A stretch of DNA of 64,000 nt from Gelidibacter sp. (GCF_035577925.1 NZ_DATJCY010000077.1:185-64184); one strand, 5' to 3'. Shown: positions 9,141 through 19,090, counted from the stretch's first letter. Numbers and translations: made by a program. The notes: a model not told the origin generated them from the sequence alone.

Positions 9141-10136
9141 TTATTTCCTCGACAAATTACGTATTAAATCTAAAATTCTACTGGAATATCCTGTTTCGTT
9201 ATCATACCAACCTATAATTTTGATCATCTTGCCAATAACGGAGGTCATTTGTGCATCAAAAATACAAGAGTGGGTATTGCCAACAATGTCTATAGAAACT
9301 ATAGGATCTTCGGTATATTCCAAGATGCCTTTTAAGTAGGTTTCGGAAGCTTTTTTAAAGGCCAAGTTAATATCTTCGATAGATACGGTTTTTTCAACAT
9401 TAAAGGTGATATCGGTTAAAGAGCCATTTGGAACTGGAACTCGAATACCACAGCCCCCAATAACATCTTGAAGTTCCGGAAAAATTTTAGTCAGCGCTTT
9501 AGCAGCTCCCGTTGTAGTGGGTACTATAGATTGGCCGGCGGCACGGGCGCGTCTAAGGTCTTTGTGTGGTTGATCATGCAGGCTTTGGTCGGTAGTATAT
9601 GAATGTACCGTTGTGATGTATGCTTGTTTAACGCCACAAAGCTCATTGATAACGGCTATCATTGGTGCAGCATTATTGGTAGTGCATGAAGCATTTGAAA
9701 TGATAAGTTCGTCGCCATTTAAGCTGCTGTCGTTAACACCCAAAACGATTGTTTTTATGGAGTCATCTAACGGTGGTACAGACAAGATAACACGTTTTGC
9801 GCCGTTTTTAATGTGTTTATCTAAATCAGTTGTGGTTTTAAATTTTCCGGTAGATTCAATAACAAAATCTACATTATAAGGCGACCAGTTAATGGTGTCA
9901 ATCTGTTTTTCGTTTAACAGAGGAATTTTTTGATCGTCAAAAATGATATCATTACCATCATGTGAAATATTGTTTTTTAAAACACCGTGAATACTATCGT
10001 ATTTTAATAAATGACTTAAGGTTCTTGCATCGGCCAAATCATTAATGGCAACAACCTGAATATCCTTTTGTTCCTGAATAAGTCTGAATATGCGCCGACC
10101 TATTCTTCCAAATCCGTTAATAGCCACTCTGATCAT
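9141..10136 (-). CDS. gap: Type I glyceraldehyde-3-phosphate dehydrogenase
   Basis: INGFGRIGR, ESTGKF, SNASCTTN, DLRRARAA and GWYDNETGYS motifs. Confidence 0.95.
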   Translation of the reverse strand: MIRVAINGFGRIGRRIFRLIQEQKDIQVVAINDLADARTLSHLLKYDSIHGVLKNNISHDGNDIIFDDQKIPLLNEKQIDTINWSPYNVDFVIESTGKFKTTTDLDKHIKNGAKRVILSVPPLDDSIKTIVLGVNDSSLNGDELIISNASCTTNNAAPMIAVINELCGVKQAYITTVHSYTTDQSLHDQPHKDLRRARAAGQSIVPTTTGAAKALTKIFPELQDVIGGCGIRVPVPNGSLTDITFNVEKTVSIEDINLAFKKASETYLKGILEYTEDPIVSIDIVGNTHSCIFDAQMTSVIGKMIKIIGWYDNETGYSSRILDLIRNLSRK

Positions 10137-11014
10137 TAATAAATGTGTTTTTGTGCTTTGTAGGAAGATCTTACCAGGGCACTGCTTTCAACATGTCTAA
10201 AACCAAGCTCCAAACCGATGGTTTCATATTCTTTAAATTGCTCCGGAAGGATAAACTGCTTGACAGGTAAATGTTTTTTACTTGGCTGTAAGTATTGACC
10301 TATAGTTACCACATCAACATCGTTAGCTCTTAAATCATGAAGAGTTTCAATTACTTCTTCGCGCGTTTCACCCAGGCCTAACATTATACCCGATTTTGTG
10401 CGGCGTTGGCCTTGTGATTTCAAATAGTTTAGGACGCCTAGACTTCGGTCATATTTGGCTTGTATCCTGACTTCTCTTGTCAGTCGTCTAACAGTTTCAA
10501 TATTATGCGAAACTACTTCGGGAGCAACATCAACAATTCGATCAATATGATGTTCTATGCCCTGAAAATCGGGAATTAAAGTTTCTATGGTGATTTCTGG
10601 ATTCATGCGTCGAACTGCTTTTACCGTTTCTGACCACATGATGCTTCCCATGTCTTTTAAATCATCTCTATCCACACTGGTTAGCACAGCGTGTTTAATG
10701 TTCATGAGTTTTATGGAGCGTGCTACTTTTTCGGGTTCGTCCCAATCTAAACTTTCTGGACGTCCTGTTTTTACACCACAAAAGCCACATGACCGTGTGC
10801 ATATATTTCCTAAAATCATGAATGTGGCAGTTCCTTCACCCCAACATTCGCCCATATTTGGGCAACTTCCTGAAGTACAAATGGTGTTGAGTTTGTAACG
10901 ATCAACCAAGCTTCTAAGTTCTGTATATTTTTTGCCAATTGGAAGTTTTACCTTTATCCATTTTGGTTTGGCTTGGCGTTCGGGAATGCTATTTGAAACC
11001 GATTGTGTACTCAT
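10136..11014 (-). CDS. lipA: Lipoyl synthase
   Basis: [12 protein letters not shown] (CX4CX5C), CTRSCGFC radical SAM motif, RSSY. Start trimmed from 11089 to ATG 11014 (11020 also possible) because of the promoter element at 11037-11044. Confidence 0.96.
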   Translation of the reverse strand: MSTQSVSNSIPERQAKPKWIKVKLPIGKKYTELRSLVDRYKLNTICTSGSCPNMGECWGEGTATFMILGNICTRSCGFCGVKTGRPESLDWDEPEKVARSIKLMNIKHAVLTSVDRDDLKDMGSIMWSETVKAVRRMNPEITIETLIPDFQGIEHHIDRIVDVAPEVVSHNIETVRRLTREVRIQAKYDRSLGVLNYLKSQGQRRTKSGIMLGLGETREEVIETLHDLRANDVDVVTIGQYLQPSKKHLPVKQFILPEQFKEYETIGLELGFRHVESSALVRSSYKAQKHIY

Positions 11015-11036
11015 TGTCATTGAAAATTTGCAATGG

Positions 11037-11044
11037 CAAAGATA
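11037..11044 (-). promoter_or_regulatory. sigmaA -7 element TATCTTTG (lipA-gap)
   Basis: CAAAGATA on + strand, just upstream of the lipA start. Confidence 0.6.
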
Positions 11045-11067
11045 CGAAGTAAAATTGTAAAAATGGG

Positions 11068-12282
11068 TTATAGTGTGGTGAGATACCAAATACTAAAGCC
11101 TATTAAAAATAGAATTCCTAACCAGCTCAAGATGTGGATGAACATGGATGGTCGCCATTGGGCGGGTGTGTGTTTGCTGCTGATTAGAATATAATTAATA
11201 ATGGCATAAAAAGGTGCTGTCAAAAATGAAATTATGGTGGCAATTTGTATCAGAAGTCCCATTTCAGATGCTAAAAATACAAATACAGAAATGGTTCCTA
11301 CGATTAAAATAGAAACCCATAATAAATAATTATGCTTTGAAAATCTATTAAAAAGCAATTCCGAAGTTCTTGCCATAGTTCTTGGTGACGCATCCAAGGT
11401 GGTAAGCGTTGTGCTAAACATGGTAGTAAAGGCAGCAATACCAATAATAAGATAAGACCAATTGCCTAAACTTTTTGTGTACATGGCGATTAGTTGGTTG
11501 GAAAATTCATCCGCTTTGTTACTAAAAGTATCACCACTATGAAACATGACAAGGGCGCCTAATGAGATAAATCCAAGACCTACTATTATGGTGGCAACGT
11601 ATCCTACGTTAAAATCGAACAATGACGATTTAACGCCGTAATCCTTATTCACCTTTTGTTTTTCAAGAGCCCAAAGTGATTGCCACACCGAAACATCCAA
11701 CGGTGCTGGCATCCATCCCATAAAAGCAATCAAAAAGCCGATTTCCAGAGCGTTTTTTGGTAGTACTTGAATAAATGAAGGAGGCTGTCCACTTGTGTTA
11801 AAAGCAAGGGCAACAGCAATAATTGTACTTATAGTTAGTGTGATTACAATAACTTTCATCAATTGATCAAGAAACTTGTACTTTCCTCTAATAAGGATAA
11901 GGGTACAAATGGCAAGGATGATGATAGCCCATAATTCTGTAGAAATAATGTTTCCAAAAAGTGATGAAGCAATGCCGGCTGTGACAATGGTTACCGTAGT
12001 TTGAATGGTAAACATTGTAGCAAATGTGATGATAAAATAAACAATTAAAACACCTTTACCCAATCTTTTATAACCATCCAATAAGCTTTCGCCGGTTGCT
12101 AAAGCGTATTTTGGACCAAATTGGAAAAACGGATATTTAAAAATATGTACTATCAATAATGCCCAAACTAGTCCGTAGCCAAAATCGGCCCCTGCTCTTG
12201 TAGATTGCACCAAATGGGAAACTCCAATGGCAGCTCCGGCAAATAATAATCCCGGTCCTAATTTTTTTAAACTAATGGACAT
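11068..12282 (-). CDS. NRAMP-related (APC superfamily) divalent cation-type transporter
   Basis: About 11 hydrophobic segments; [23 protein letters not shown] and KYPFFQFG motifs; canonical DPGN absent. Confidence 0.75.
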   Translation of the reverse strand: MSISLKKLGPGLLFAGAAIGVSHLVQSTRAGADFGYGLVWALLIVHIFKYPFFQFGPKYALATGESLLDGYKRLGKGVLIVYFIITFATMFTIQTTVTIVTAGIASSLFGNIISTELWAIIILAICTLILIRGKYKFLDQLMKVIVITLTISTIIAVALAFNTSGQPPSFIQVLPKNALEIGFLIAFMGWMPAPLDVSVWQSLWALEKQKVNKDYGVKSSLFDFNVGYVATIIVGLGFISLGALVMFHSGDTFSNKADEFSNQLIAMYTKSLGNWSYLIIGIAAFTTMFSTTLTTLDASPRTMARTSELLFNRFSKHNYLLWVSILIVGTISVFVFLASEMGLLIQIATIISFLTAPFYAIINYILISSKHTPAQWRPSMFIHILSWLGILFLIGFSIWYLTTL

Positions 12283-12288
12283 TACTGG

Positions 12289-12831
12289 CTATTTAGATAA
12301 TATTTCAGCTAATAGTTTTTTAGCTCTTAAAAGTTTTACTTTCACATTGTTTATCGGTTCATTAAGTTCTTCAGAAATTTCCTTATAGGTTAATTCTTGA
12401 AAATATCTTAAGTTGATAACTTCCTGATAATGTGGTTTTAATTTTTTAATATCACGCAGTAATTTGGCCAGGTTTTGCTTGGTGATCAATTCGTCTTCTG
12501 GAGAAGGTGATTCATCAATTATATTATGAAAATCATCGCTGTTGTCATGACTCGACTTTTGGATTGAAGATTTTCTTTTTCTTATCAAGTCAACATGGAT
12601 GTTTTTTGAAATGGTCGTCAGCCAAGTTTTAAACTCATACGCTTCGTTGTAGGTATCAATTTTATCAAAGGCTTTCGAAAATGTTTGTATGGTAATATCT
12701 TCAGCATCATTCTCATTTTCTGTACGCTTCAATTGAAAGCCATAGATGTCATTCCAAAAAAAATCTAACAAGGCATTAAATGCAGATTGGTCGTTCTTTT
12801 TTGCCTTCTTGATAATGTCCTTTATTTCCAA
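12289..12831 (-). CDS. ECF RNA polymerase sigma factor
   Basis: DAEDITIQTFSKAF (region 2), FKTWLTTISKN, LRYFQELTYKEISEELNEPINNVKVKLLRAK (region 4). Confidence 0.93.
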   Translation of the reverse strand: MEIKDIIKKAKKNDQSAFNALLDFFWNDIYGFQLKRTENENDAEDITIQTFSKAFDKIDTYNEAYEFKTWLTTISKNIHVDLIRKRKSSIQKSSHDNSDDFHNIIDESPSPEDELITKQNLAKLLRDIKKLKPHYQEVINLRYFQELTYKEISEELNEPINNVKVKLLRAKKLLAEILSK

Positions 12832-13934
12832 TGAGTGGGTTTTGAGATGAGATTTTTTATAAATATAGAAAATTGTACTAAAATTAAAAATATTTCAAGA
12901 AAAGGAAGAAAAGGAATAAGGTCTTTTTCGCCTAGTTTTTTGGCAGCCAAGGTGACCGAAATAAATGACGCTAAATACCTAACACCTATTAATCCAACAA
13001 CTATTTCCCAATTAAATAATGTGATAAGTAGGGCAGTGCCTAAAGCCACAAATAGAAATTGTGAAATATAAAATGTTGATAAAATAGCTTTGTGTTTTGA
13101 TTTATAATGTTTTGCCGTAGTAATGTGTCGGCTTTTTTGTGTTATCCAATCATTGAATGATGTTTTTGGAGTGGATTCTGTGAAGCTATTATTTGATAAA
13201 CAAATGGTTGTGTTTTCAGCCGATGCAATCTGATTGACAAAAAGATCGTCATCTCCCGATTTGATATGCATGTGATCCATAAAACCTCGGGCTTCAAAAA
13301 ACAAATCCTTGGTATATGCCATGTTTCTCCCAACACCCATATAAGGATGTCCCAACTTAGCATACGAAAAGTATTGGATGGCGGTCATTAAAGTTTCAAA
13401 TCGAACTAATTTATTCAAAAATGAGTTTTTAATTTTTGAATAAGCACCATAACCCAAAACAATTTGGTGCGAAGCTGTAAAATGACTGGCCATTTCACTA
13501 ATCCATTGATTGGAAACGGGTTTGCAATCGGCATCTGTAAATAAGAGGTGGTTATGTGTTGCGGCTTTAATGCCTAAGGTGAGTGCGTATTTTTTGTTGC
13601 CCCAAAAGGTTTCAATAGTTTTTACATTTACAATTTTGATGTTGCTATGCTTTGCTTTAAAACGTTCCATGACACTTAACGTTGTGTCGGTAGAGCCATC
13701 ATTGATTAATACCAATTCAAAATTTGGATAATCTTGATCCAAAATACTCGGTAAAAACAGGTTTAAATTCTCGGCTTCATTTTTGGCACAAACCACCACA
13801 GAAATTGGAGGCTTATTGGTAGCCACAGTATTTTCTTTTTTCTGTTTTACTTTAGAAAAAATATAGGCGTAAAAAAAAAGTTGAACGCAAATAACTACAA
13901 TAAAAATGTAGAAAAGTACATACAATACGATCAT
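12822..13934 (-). CDS. Membrane glycosyltransferase family 2
   Basis: ISVVVCAKNE, NDGSTD, GNKKYAL, FTDADC, SGDDDLFV and QKSRH (QxxRW-like) motifs; N- and C-terminal TMs. Confidence 0.92.
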   Translation of the reverse strand: MIVLYVLFYIFIVVICVQLFFYAYIFSKVKQKKENTVATNKPPISVVVCAKNEAENLNLFLPSILDQDYPNFELVLINDGSTDTTLSVMERFKAKHSNIKIVNVKTIETFWGNKKYALTLGIKAATHNHLLFTDADCKPVSNQWISEMASHFTASHQIVLGYGAYSKIKNSFLNKLVRFETLMTAIQYFSYAKLGHPYMGVGRNMAYTKDLFFEARGFMDHMHIKSGDDDLFVNQIASAENTTICLSNNSFTESTPKTSFNDWITQKSRHITTAKHYKSKHKAILSTFYISQFLFVALGTALLITLFNWEIVVGLIGVRYLASFISVTLAAKKLGEKDLIPFLPFLEIFLILVQFSIFIKNLISKPTHWK

Positions 13935-13940
13935 TAACCC

Positions 13941-14147
13941 TTAAGAATGTTGCGGTTCGTTACAGTTTTCAAATTGATCTGGAGTTTTTCCACAGAATCC
14001 ACATGAGACACCTTCTTTATTGAGCATAGGATTTTGGCTGGCGCAAGTGCCTGCAAATTTCCCGTCTTTTTTTGCCCATAATTTTATAGCAATGCCAGCA
14101 ACGCCAAGTCCTAAAAGTAGTAATGTAATGAGTAAAAGTTTCATCAT
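13941..14147 (-). CDS. Small Cys-rich membrane-anchored protein
   Basis: 68 aa; one TM, then AGTCASQ...SCGFCG...C; own TATCTTTG element at 14161-14168. Confidence 0.8.
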   Translation of the reverse strand: MMKLLLITLLLLGLGVAGIAIKLWAKKDGKFAGTCASQNPMLNKEGVSCGFCGKTPDQFENCNEPQHS

Positions 14148-14160
14148 CTAAAAGTTTATA

Positions 14161-14168
14161 CAAAGATA
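14161..14168 (-). promoter_or_regulatory. sigmaA -7 element TATCTTTG
   Basis: CAAAGATA on + strand, 14 bp upstream of ATG 14147. Confidence 0.6.
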
Positions 14169-14324
14169 CATATTTTATATAAGTTAGATTATTTAATCAA
14201 CCAGTATTTTGACTTAATAAAACATCAAGATTAAAATATTTTGAATCTCATAAATTAGATAACAAAAATCTAAAAATTTAAATATTATTTACTTAGATTT
14301 AAGTCTATTAACAATCAAACTTAA

Positions 14325-15014
14325 ATTAAGAAAAAACTATTAGCAGAATTTTTTGGAACTTTTTGGCTCGTTTTCGGTGGTTGTGGAAGTGCAATTTTTG
14401 CAGCTGGATTTCCGAATCTCGGTATTGGGTTTGTTGGTGTTGCACTGGCATTTGGTTTAACGGTATTGACCATGGCGTATGCTGTTGGACACATTTCGGG
14501 TGCTCATTTTAATCCAGCGGTAACCTTGGGTTTGTGGGCCGGTGGAATGTTTCCCGCCAAAGAGTTAGTTGGTTATATTGTAGCACAATTGATAGGCGCT
14601 ATTGCTGCGGCAGGAGTATTATATCTTATTGTTTCAGGCAAATCGGACTTTGAGAGTATTGGTGGTTTTGCAGCCAATGGCTATGGTGAATTATCTCCAG
14701 GTGGTTATAGCATGGTTTCTGTATTGATTGCAGAATTTGTGTTGACCATGTTTTTCCTGCTTATTATTCTGGGAAGTACCTATCCAAAAGCTCCAGAAGG
14801 TTTTGCCGGAATTGCAATCGGACTGGCTTTAACTTTAATTCATTTAATTAGCATTCCTATTTCTAATACTTCGGTTAATCCAGCAAGATCTACAAGTCAG
14901 GCGTTATTTGCCGGGGGCGATTATACCGCGCAATTATGGTTGTTTTGGTTAGCACCAATAGCAGGAGCAATAGTTGCAGGGTTTTTGCATAAAACATTTT
15001 TCAGCAAACATTAG
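14325..15014 (+). CDS. aqpZ: Aquaporin Z with non-canonical or mutated start (ATT/AAG)
   Basis: Frame is open from 14325: (I)[27 protein letters not shown]...[10 protein letters not shown]...SVNPARS. The ORF track starts only at TTG 14466 and misses the conserved N-terminal helices; in-frame TAA at 14322. Confidence 0.9.
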   Translation: MKKKLLAEFFGTFWLVFGGCGSAIFAAGFPNLGIGFVGVALAFGLTVLTMAYAVGHISGAHFNPAVTLGLWAGGMFPAKELVGYIVAQLIGAIAAAGVLYLIVSGKSDFESIGGFAANGYGELSPGGYSMVSVLIAEFVLTMFFLLIILGSTYPKAPEGFAGIAIGLALTLIHLISIPISNTSVNPARSTSQALFAGGDYTAQLWLFWLAPIAGAIVAGFLHKTFFSKH

Positions 15015-15031
15015 GTTGATAAAAATAAAAT

Positions 15032-15053
15032 AGGTTGCCTTTTTAGACAGCCT
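15032..15053. terminator. Imperfect hairpin between convergent aqpZ and anti-sigma gene
   Basis: aggttgcct-tttt-agacagcct. Confidence 0.4.
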
Positions 15054-15099
15054 CATTCATTGCAATTTAGAGCCTGTATAAAAATTATAGTTTAAATTT

Positions 15100-15915
15100 T
15101 TAATCGTTTTTTAAGGTGATTTCAGCTACAGAATTGTCGGTATGTGCATTATCCGTAGGTGATCCCGATTTCGGTTCGATGGTAATGCTCAAGCCTAAAG
15201 CATTTTCCATATAAGGAATGGTTTTTAGTTTGTTGCGTTCCGATTCATCCAAGATTCCAAGATTTACCATTCGATCCTGTAATTCTGCCCAGATTTGATA
15301 GGTTTGATTTTCAGGTAGTTTTGGCAATGAAACCACATCAATCATTGATGTTTTGTCAACCGCATTGATATATGCCACGGTTTTAAGATTTTTTGCTCTT
15401 GAATTGCCTCTTAAAACGTATTTTTCAGTTTCTGGATTGTTCAATTTCATAAACTGGAGCATGACGTTCTCAAGTTTATTGTTATTGTCTTCAATGTCAC
15501 TTCTTAAATCAAAAATTTCGTCAACTACCACTTGGTTTTCATGGGCTAATGATATGTTTTGTTTGTAAAGTAACAGGGACATTCCGGCAAATATCAATGC
15601 CGCAATACTTGCCGCAATGCTATACCAAGGCGTACGACTGTGAGTAGGAGCAGAAGATAGCTGAATGACAGGTTGGTCTTCTGTGTTTTTAGCGATTTCT
15701 TTAATAACTTCATCCAAAATAAACTTTGGAGCTTTTACAGTGTGCGCTTTTGCTAAGATTTCTAGATTATTTTGAAGTCTTTCAAATTCGGCTTCTACTT
15801 CAGGAAATTCAGCAATATAACTTTCAACTTCTAAGTTTTCATTAGGAGTTGTGGTGCCTAGGATATAGCTGTCCAAGAGGCCCGATTCCATAAAAATTTG
15901 TAACTTATTTTCCAT
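15100..15915 (-). CDS. Anti-sigma factor (RskA-like C-terminal domain)
   Basis: N-terminal ESGLLDSYILG helix, single TM (WYSIAASIAALIFAG), coiled coil, LPENQTYQIWA...LSITIEPKSGS; directly after an ECF sigma gene. Confidence 0.85.
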   Translation of the reverse strand: MENKLQIFMESGLLDSYILGTTTPNENLEVESYIAEFPEVEAEFERLQNNLEILAKAHTVKAPKFILDEVIKEIAKNTEDQPVIQLSSAPTHSRTPWYSIAASIAALIFAGMSLLLYKQNISLAHENQVVVDEIFDLRSDIEDNNNKLENVMLQFMKLNNPETEKYVLRGNSRAKNLKTVAYINAVDKTSMIDVVSLPKLPENQTYQIWAELQDRMVNLGILDESERNKLKTIPYMENALGLSITIEPKSGSPTDNAHTDNSVAEITLKND

Positions 15916-15926
15916 AATTATAATCT

Positions 15927-16457
15927 TTAAGGGTTGAAGAGTTTTCGTAAGTCTCTCAAACCAATTTTCAACCTCGATTTTATGGTACCTAATGGAATAT
16001 CTAATTCGTCACTTGCTTCTTGCTGCGTCATACCTTCAAAAAACAAGGCATTTAGAACTATCTGGTACTTTTCTTCTAGTTTGGTAACGTGTTCTTTTAA
16101 ATCAAGAACATCCTGATTTAAGCTAACCGTTGGAAGAATATATACGTCTGATTTGTCAATTTGGACTTCTTTATGATAACGATTGTTAAAGCTTCTTAAT
16201 TTATCGATGGCGGTGTTGCGCGCAATTCGATATAGCCAAGTGAAAAGCTTTGCTTTTTTCGAATCGTATCTTTTTGCATTTTTCCAAACTTTCACAAAGG
16301 TTTCTTGCAAGGCGTCTTGGGCCAATTCTTCGTTGTTTGTGATTTTCAAAATGACGCCATAAAGACTGTCCGAATAATTTTCATAAAGTAAATTAATCGC
16401 AGCTTCGTCTTCTTTTTCAAGAAGTTGAATGATATGTTCTTCTATTGAATAGCTCAA
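15927..16457 (-). CDS. ECF RNA polymerase sigma factor (SigK-like)
   Basis: AQDALQETFVKVWKN, LFTWLYRIARNTAIDKLR, EGMTQQEASDELDIPLGTIKSRLK. Confidence 0.93.
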   Translation of the reverse strand: MSYSIEEHIIQLLEKEDEAAINLLYENYSDSLYGVILKITNNEELAQDALQETFVKVWKNAKRYDSKKAKLFTWLYRIARNTAIDKLRSFNNRYHKEVQIDKSDVYILPTVSLNQDVLDLKEHVTKLEEKYQIVLNALFFEGMTQQEASDELDIPLGTIKSRLKIGLRDLRKLFNP

Positions 16458-16684
16458 AAGTTAAAATTTATTTTTAATGTCAGGTTTTAAAAGTCTATCA
16501 GCGGTTAATGGACTTGTCTTCTCATAATAGAAGACAAAACTACAAATAATCTACTTTATTATATGATTATTGTAAAGGTATCTATAAGGTCTCTTTTTTA
16601 ATTGAAATGAAAATGTAATTATTGATTGCTTTATGCCATGTTTATATCATTTTTAAGGCTTCAGACAAATGTTCTGAAGCCTTG

Positions 16685-17698
16685 CTAAATGATGTTTACT
16701 TCTGTTTCAACAGTAATCCCAAAAATTAATTGGATTGTTTTCTGAATGAGCACAGCCAAAGCTAGGATGTCAGATCCTTTGGCACCGCCATAATTGACCA
16801 ATACCAAAGCTTGTTTTTTATGGACACCGTAATTGGTGAAGGTTTTGCCTTTAAAACCAGATTTTTCTATTAACCAACCTGCTGGGACTTTAATTTCGTT
16901 TGCCGATACAACATAACTCGGTATGTCTGGAAAGTTAACTTTTAGTTTTTCAAAATGAATTTTGGAAATGACCGGGTTTTTAAAAAAACTGCCACTGTTT
17001 CCAATGTCTTTCGGATTTGGAAGTTTACTTTCCCTAATAGAAATTACGGCATTTGAAATGTCCTTGATACTCGGGTTGGTAATTCCCATGCTTTCTAATT
17101 GCGAAGTAATAGCACCATAATCCATATGTAATTGATGCTGTGTTTTCGTCAACCTTAATGTGGTGCTTAAAATAACGTATTGGTTTTTTTTACCTTGCTT
17201 AAATACCGATTCCCGATACCCAAATTGACAAGCATCTTTAGTGAATACTTCAATCTCTTTGGTATGGATATTCAGTGCTTCACAAGATTCAAAAACATCT
17301 TTGATTTCAACGCCGTAGGCTCCAATATTTTGAATGGGAACAGCGCCCACACTGCCAGGAATTAGAGATAGATTTTCAATGCCACCAAAATTACGGTCCA
17401 AACACCATAAGACAAATTGGTGCCAATTTTCGCCCGCACTGGCTTTTACGAGAACGTTGTTTTCGTTTTGGGAAACAATTTCAATACCTTTTAATGCTAC
17501 GTGTATGACCAAGCAGTTAAGATCCTTAGTGAGCAACATATTGCTGCCCCCACCCAAAATAAATTTTTCAGGATAAGCCTCCAAGCTTAAAGCTGCCTTT
17601 AAGTCTTGAAGGCTTTCAACCTTTACAAAATAGCGGGCATGAGCATCTAACCCAAATGTGTTATAGGGTTGTAATGATATGTTTTCTTGAATATGCAC
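16685..17698 (-). CDS. murB: UDP-N-acetylmuramate dehydrogenase
   Basis: YNTFG, LGGGSNML, IPGSVGAVPIQNIGAYG, FGYRESVFK, GNSGSFFKNP, HKKQALVLVN; GTG start overlaps the upstream TAG. Confidence 0.96.
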   Translation of the reverse strand: MHIQENISLQPYNTFGLDAHARYFVKVESLQDLKAALSLEAYPEKFILGGGSNMLLTKDLNCLVIHVALKGIEIVSQNENNVLVKASAGENWHQFVLWCLDRNFGGIENLSLIPGSVGAVPIQNIGAYGVEIKDVFESCEALNIHTKEIEVFTKDACQFGYRESVFKQGKKNQYVILSTTLRLTKTQHQLHMDYGAITSQLESMGITNPSIKDISNAVISIRESKLPNPKDIGNSGSFFKNPVISKIHFEKLKVNFPDIPSYVVSANEIKVPAGWLIEKSGFKGKTFTNYGVHKKQALVLVNYGGAKGSDILALAVLIQKTIQLIFGITVETEVNII

Positions 17699-18888
17699 TA
17701 GTTTGGGTAAACTTTTAACGCTTCTTTTAAAATGTGAACCGCTTTGATCAAACTTTCTTCATTGAGCACATAAGCAATCCTGATCTGGTTGAGACCTACG
17801 TTTGGCGACGAATAAAATCCTGCTGCAGGAGCTACCATGACGGTTTCTTTATTAAGGTCGTAGCTTTCCAGCAACCATTGTGCAAAATGATCGGCACTTT
17901 TAACGGGAAGTTCCACAATACAATAAAAAGCACCTTTAGGTTCGGCTATTTTAAGACCTTCAATCGTTTTTAATTCACGGATCAATGTGTTTCTACGTTT
18001 GACGTATTCTTCAATGACATCATCAAAATAGCTTTGTGGTGTATCAAGCGCGGCTTCACTTGCAATTTGTGCTAAGGTTGGTGGACTTAATCGCGCTTGT
18101 GCAAATTTAAGTGCCGTTTGGATGACTTCTTTGTTTCTTGACACAAAATATCCAATTCTTGCACCACACATGCTGTATCGCTTAGATACTGAATCGATCA
18201 TAATTGCGTGGTCTTCCAAACCTTCTTCTTGCATGATGGAGTAAAACTCATTGCCATCATAAACAAATTCTCTGTAAACTTCGTCTGCAATTAGGAAAAG
18301 ATCGTGTTTTTTAACCAAATCGGCCAGTTGTTTAATTTCTTCCCTAGAGTAAAGATAACCAGTTGGATTACCAGGATTACAAATTAAAATAGCTTTGGTT
18401 TTATCGGTAATCAGTTTTTCAAATTCTGAAATTGGAGGTAATGCAAAATTGTCTTCAATTTTGGAAATCACCGGAACAACGTTTATATCAGACGCTGTCG
18501 AAAAACCGTTATAATTAGCATAAAACGGTTCAGGAATGATAATTTCATCGCCTGAATCCATAATGCTTCCAAAAGCAAATAGTAAAGCTTCGCTGCCGCC
18601 AGTAGTTACAATGATGTCGTTGTGGCCAACATGGATATTGTTTTTAGCATAATAATTGGCTATCTTTTTTCTATATTCTTCTGAACCTTCAGATCGTGAA
18701 TATGCCAAAATATCCACGGAAGTTGCTTTTACGGCATCCATGGCTATTTTTGGGGTTTTTATGTCGGGTTGTCCAATGTTTAAATGATATACAGTTTTAC
18801 CGTCCTTGTACGCCTGTTCTGAGTAAGGGACTAACTTTCTGATAGGTGAAGAAGGCATTAATTGGCCTTTCTTTGAAATTTTTGGCAT
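17698..18888 (-). CDS. PLP-dependent aminotransferase class I/II (aspartate aminotransferase-like)
   Basis: LNIGQPD, TTGGSEAL, CNPGNPTG, ADEVYREF, DSVSKRYSMCGARIG motifs. Confidence 0.93.
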   Translation of the reverse strand: MPKISKKGQLMPSSPIRKLVPYSEQAYKDGKTVYHLNIGQPDIKTPKIAMDAVKATSVDILAYSRSEGSEEYRKKIANYYAKNNIHVGHNDIIVTTGGSEALLFAFGSIMDSGDEIIIPEPFYANYNGFSTASDINVVPVISKIEDNFALPPISEFEKLITDKTKAILICNPGNPTGYLYSREEIKQLADLVKKHDLFLIADEVYREFVYDGNEFYSIMQEEGLEDHAIMIDSVSKRYSMCGARIGYFVSRNKEVIQTALKFAQARLSPPTLAQIASEAALDTPQSYFDDVIEEYVKRRNTLIRELKTIEGLKIAEPKGAFYCIVELPVKSADHFAQWLLESYDLNKETVMVAPAAGFYSSPNVGLNQIRIAYVLNEESLIKAVHILKEALKVYPN

Positions 18889-19090
18889 GATGTTTATAAT
18901 TTAAGGTGGTAAAGTTCTGAAATTTATCTCAAAGATTCCTGAAAATGATCAGCGAATAAAAGAATGGTGTCCTATAGATTTTTAAATTGGCTGAATACTA
19001 TGTTTTAGGCCGCTGAGAATGAAAATATTTGTTTTTTTTGGAGCTTGGTCTTCTATTCTTTTTTAAGTTGCAAATTACTTGTATTTGCAT

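Noticed and set aside
16655-16683. Strong hairpin AAGGCTTCAGA-N7-TCTGAAGCCTT after murB as a terminator
   Set aside because: No U-tract follows it on the murB strand, so the terminator call is unsupported; it could be a stabilising hairpin.
18998-19090. 30-aa minus-strand ORF between DUF1573 and the aminotransferase
   Set aside because: It starts at the terminator U-tract, is low-complexity, and has no recognisable motif.
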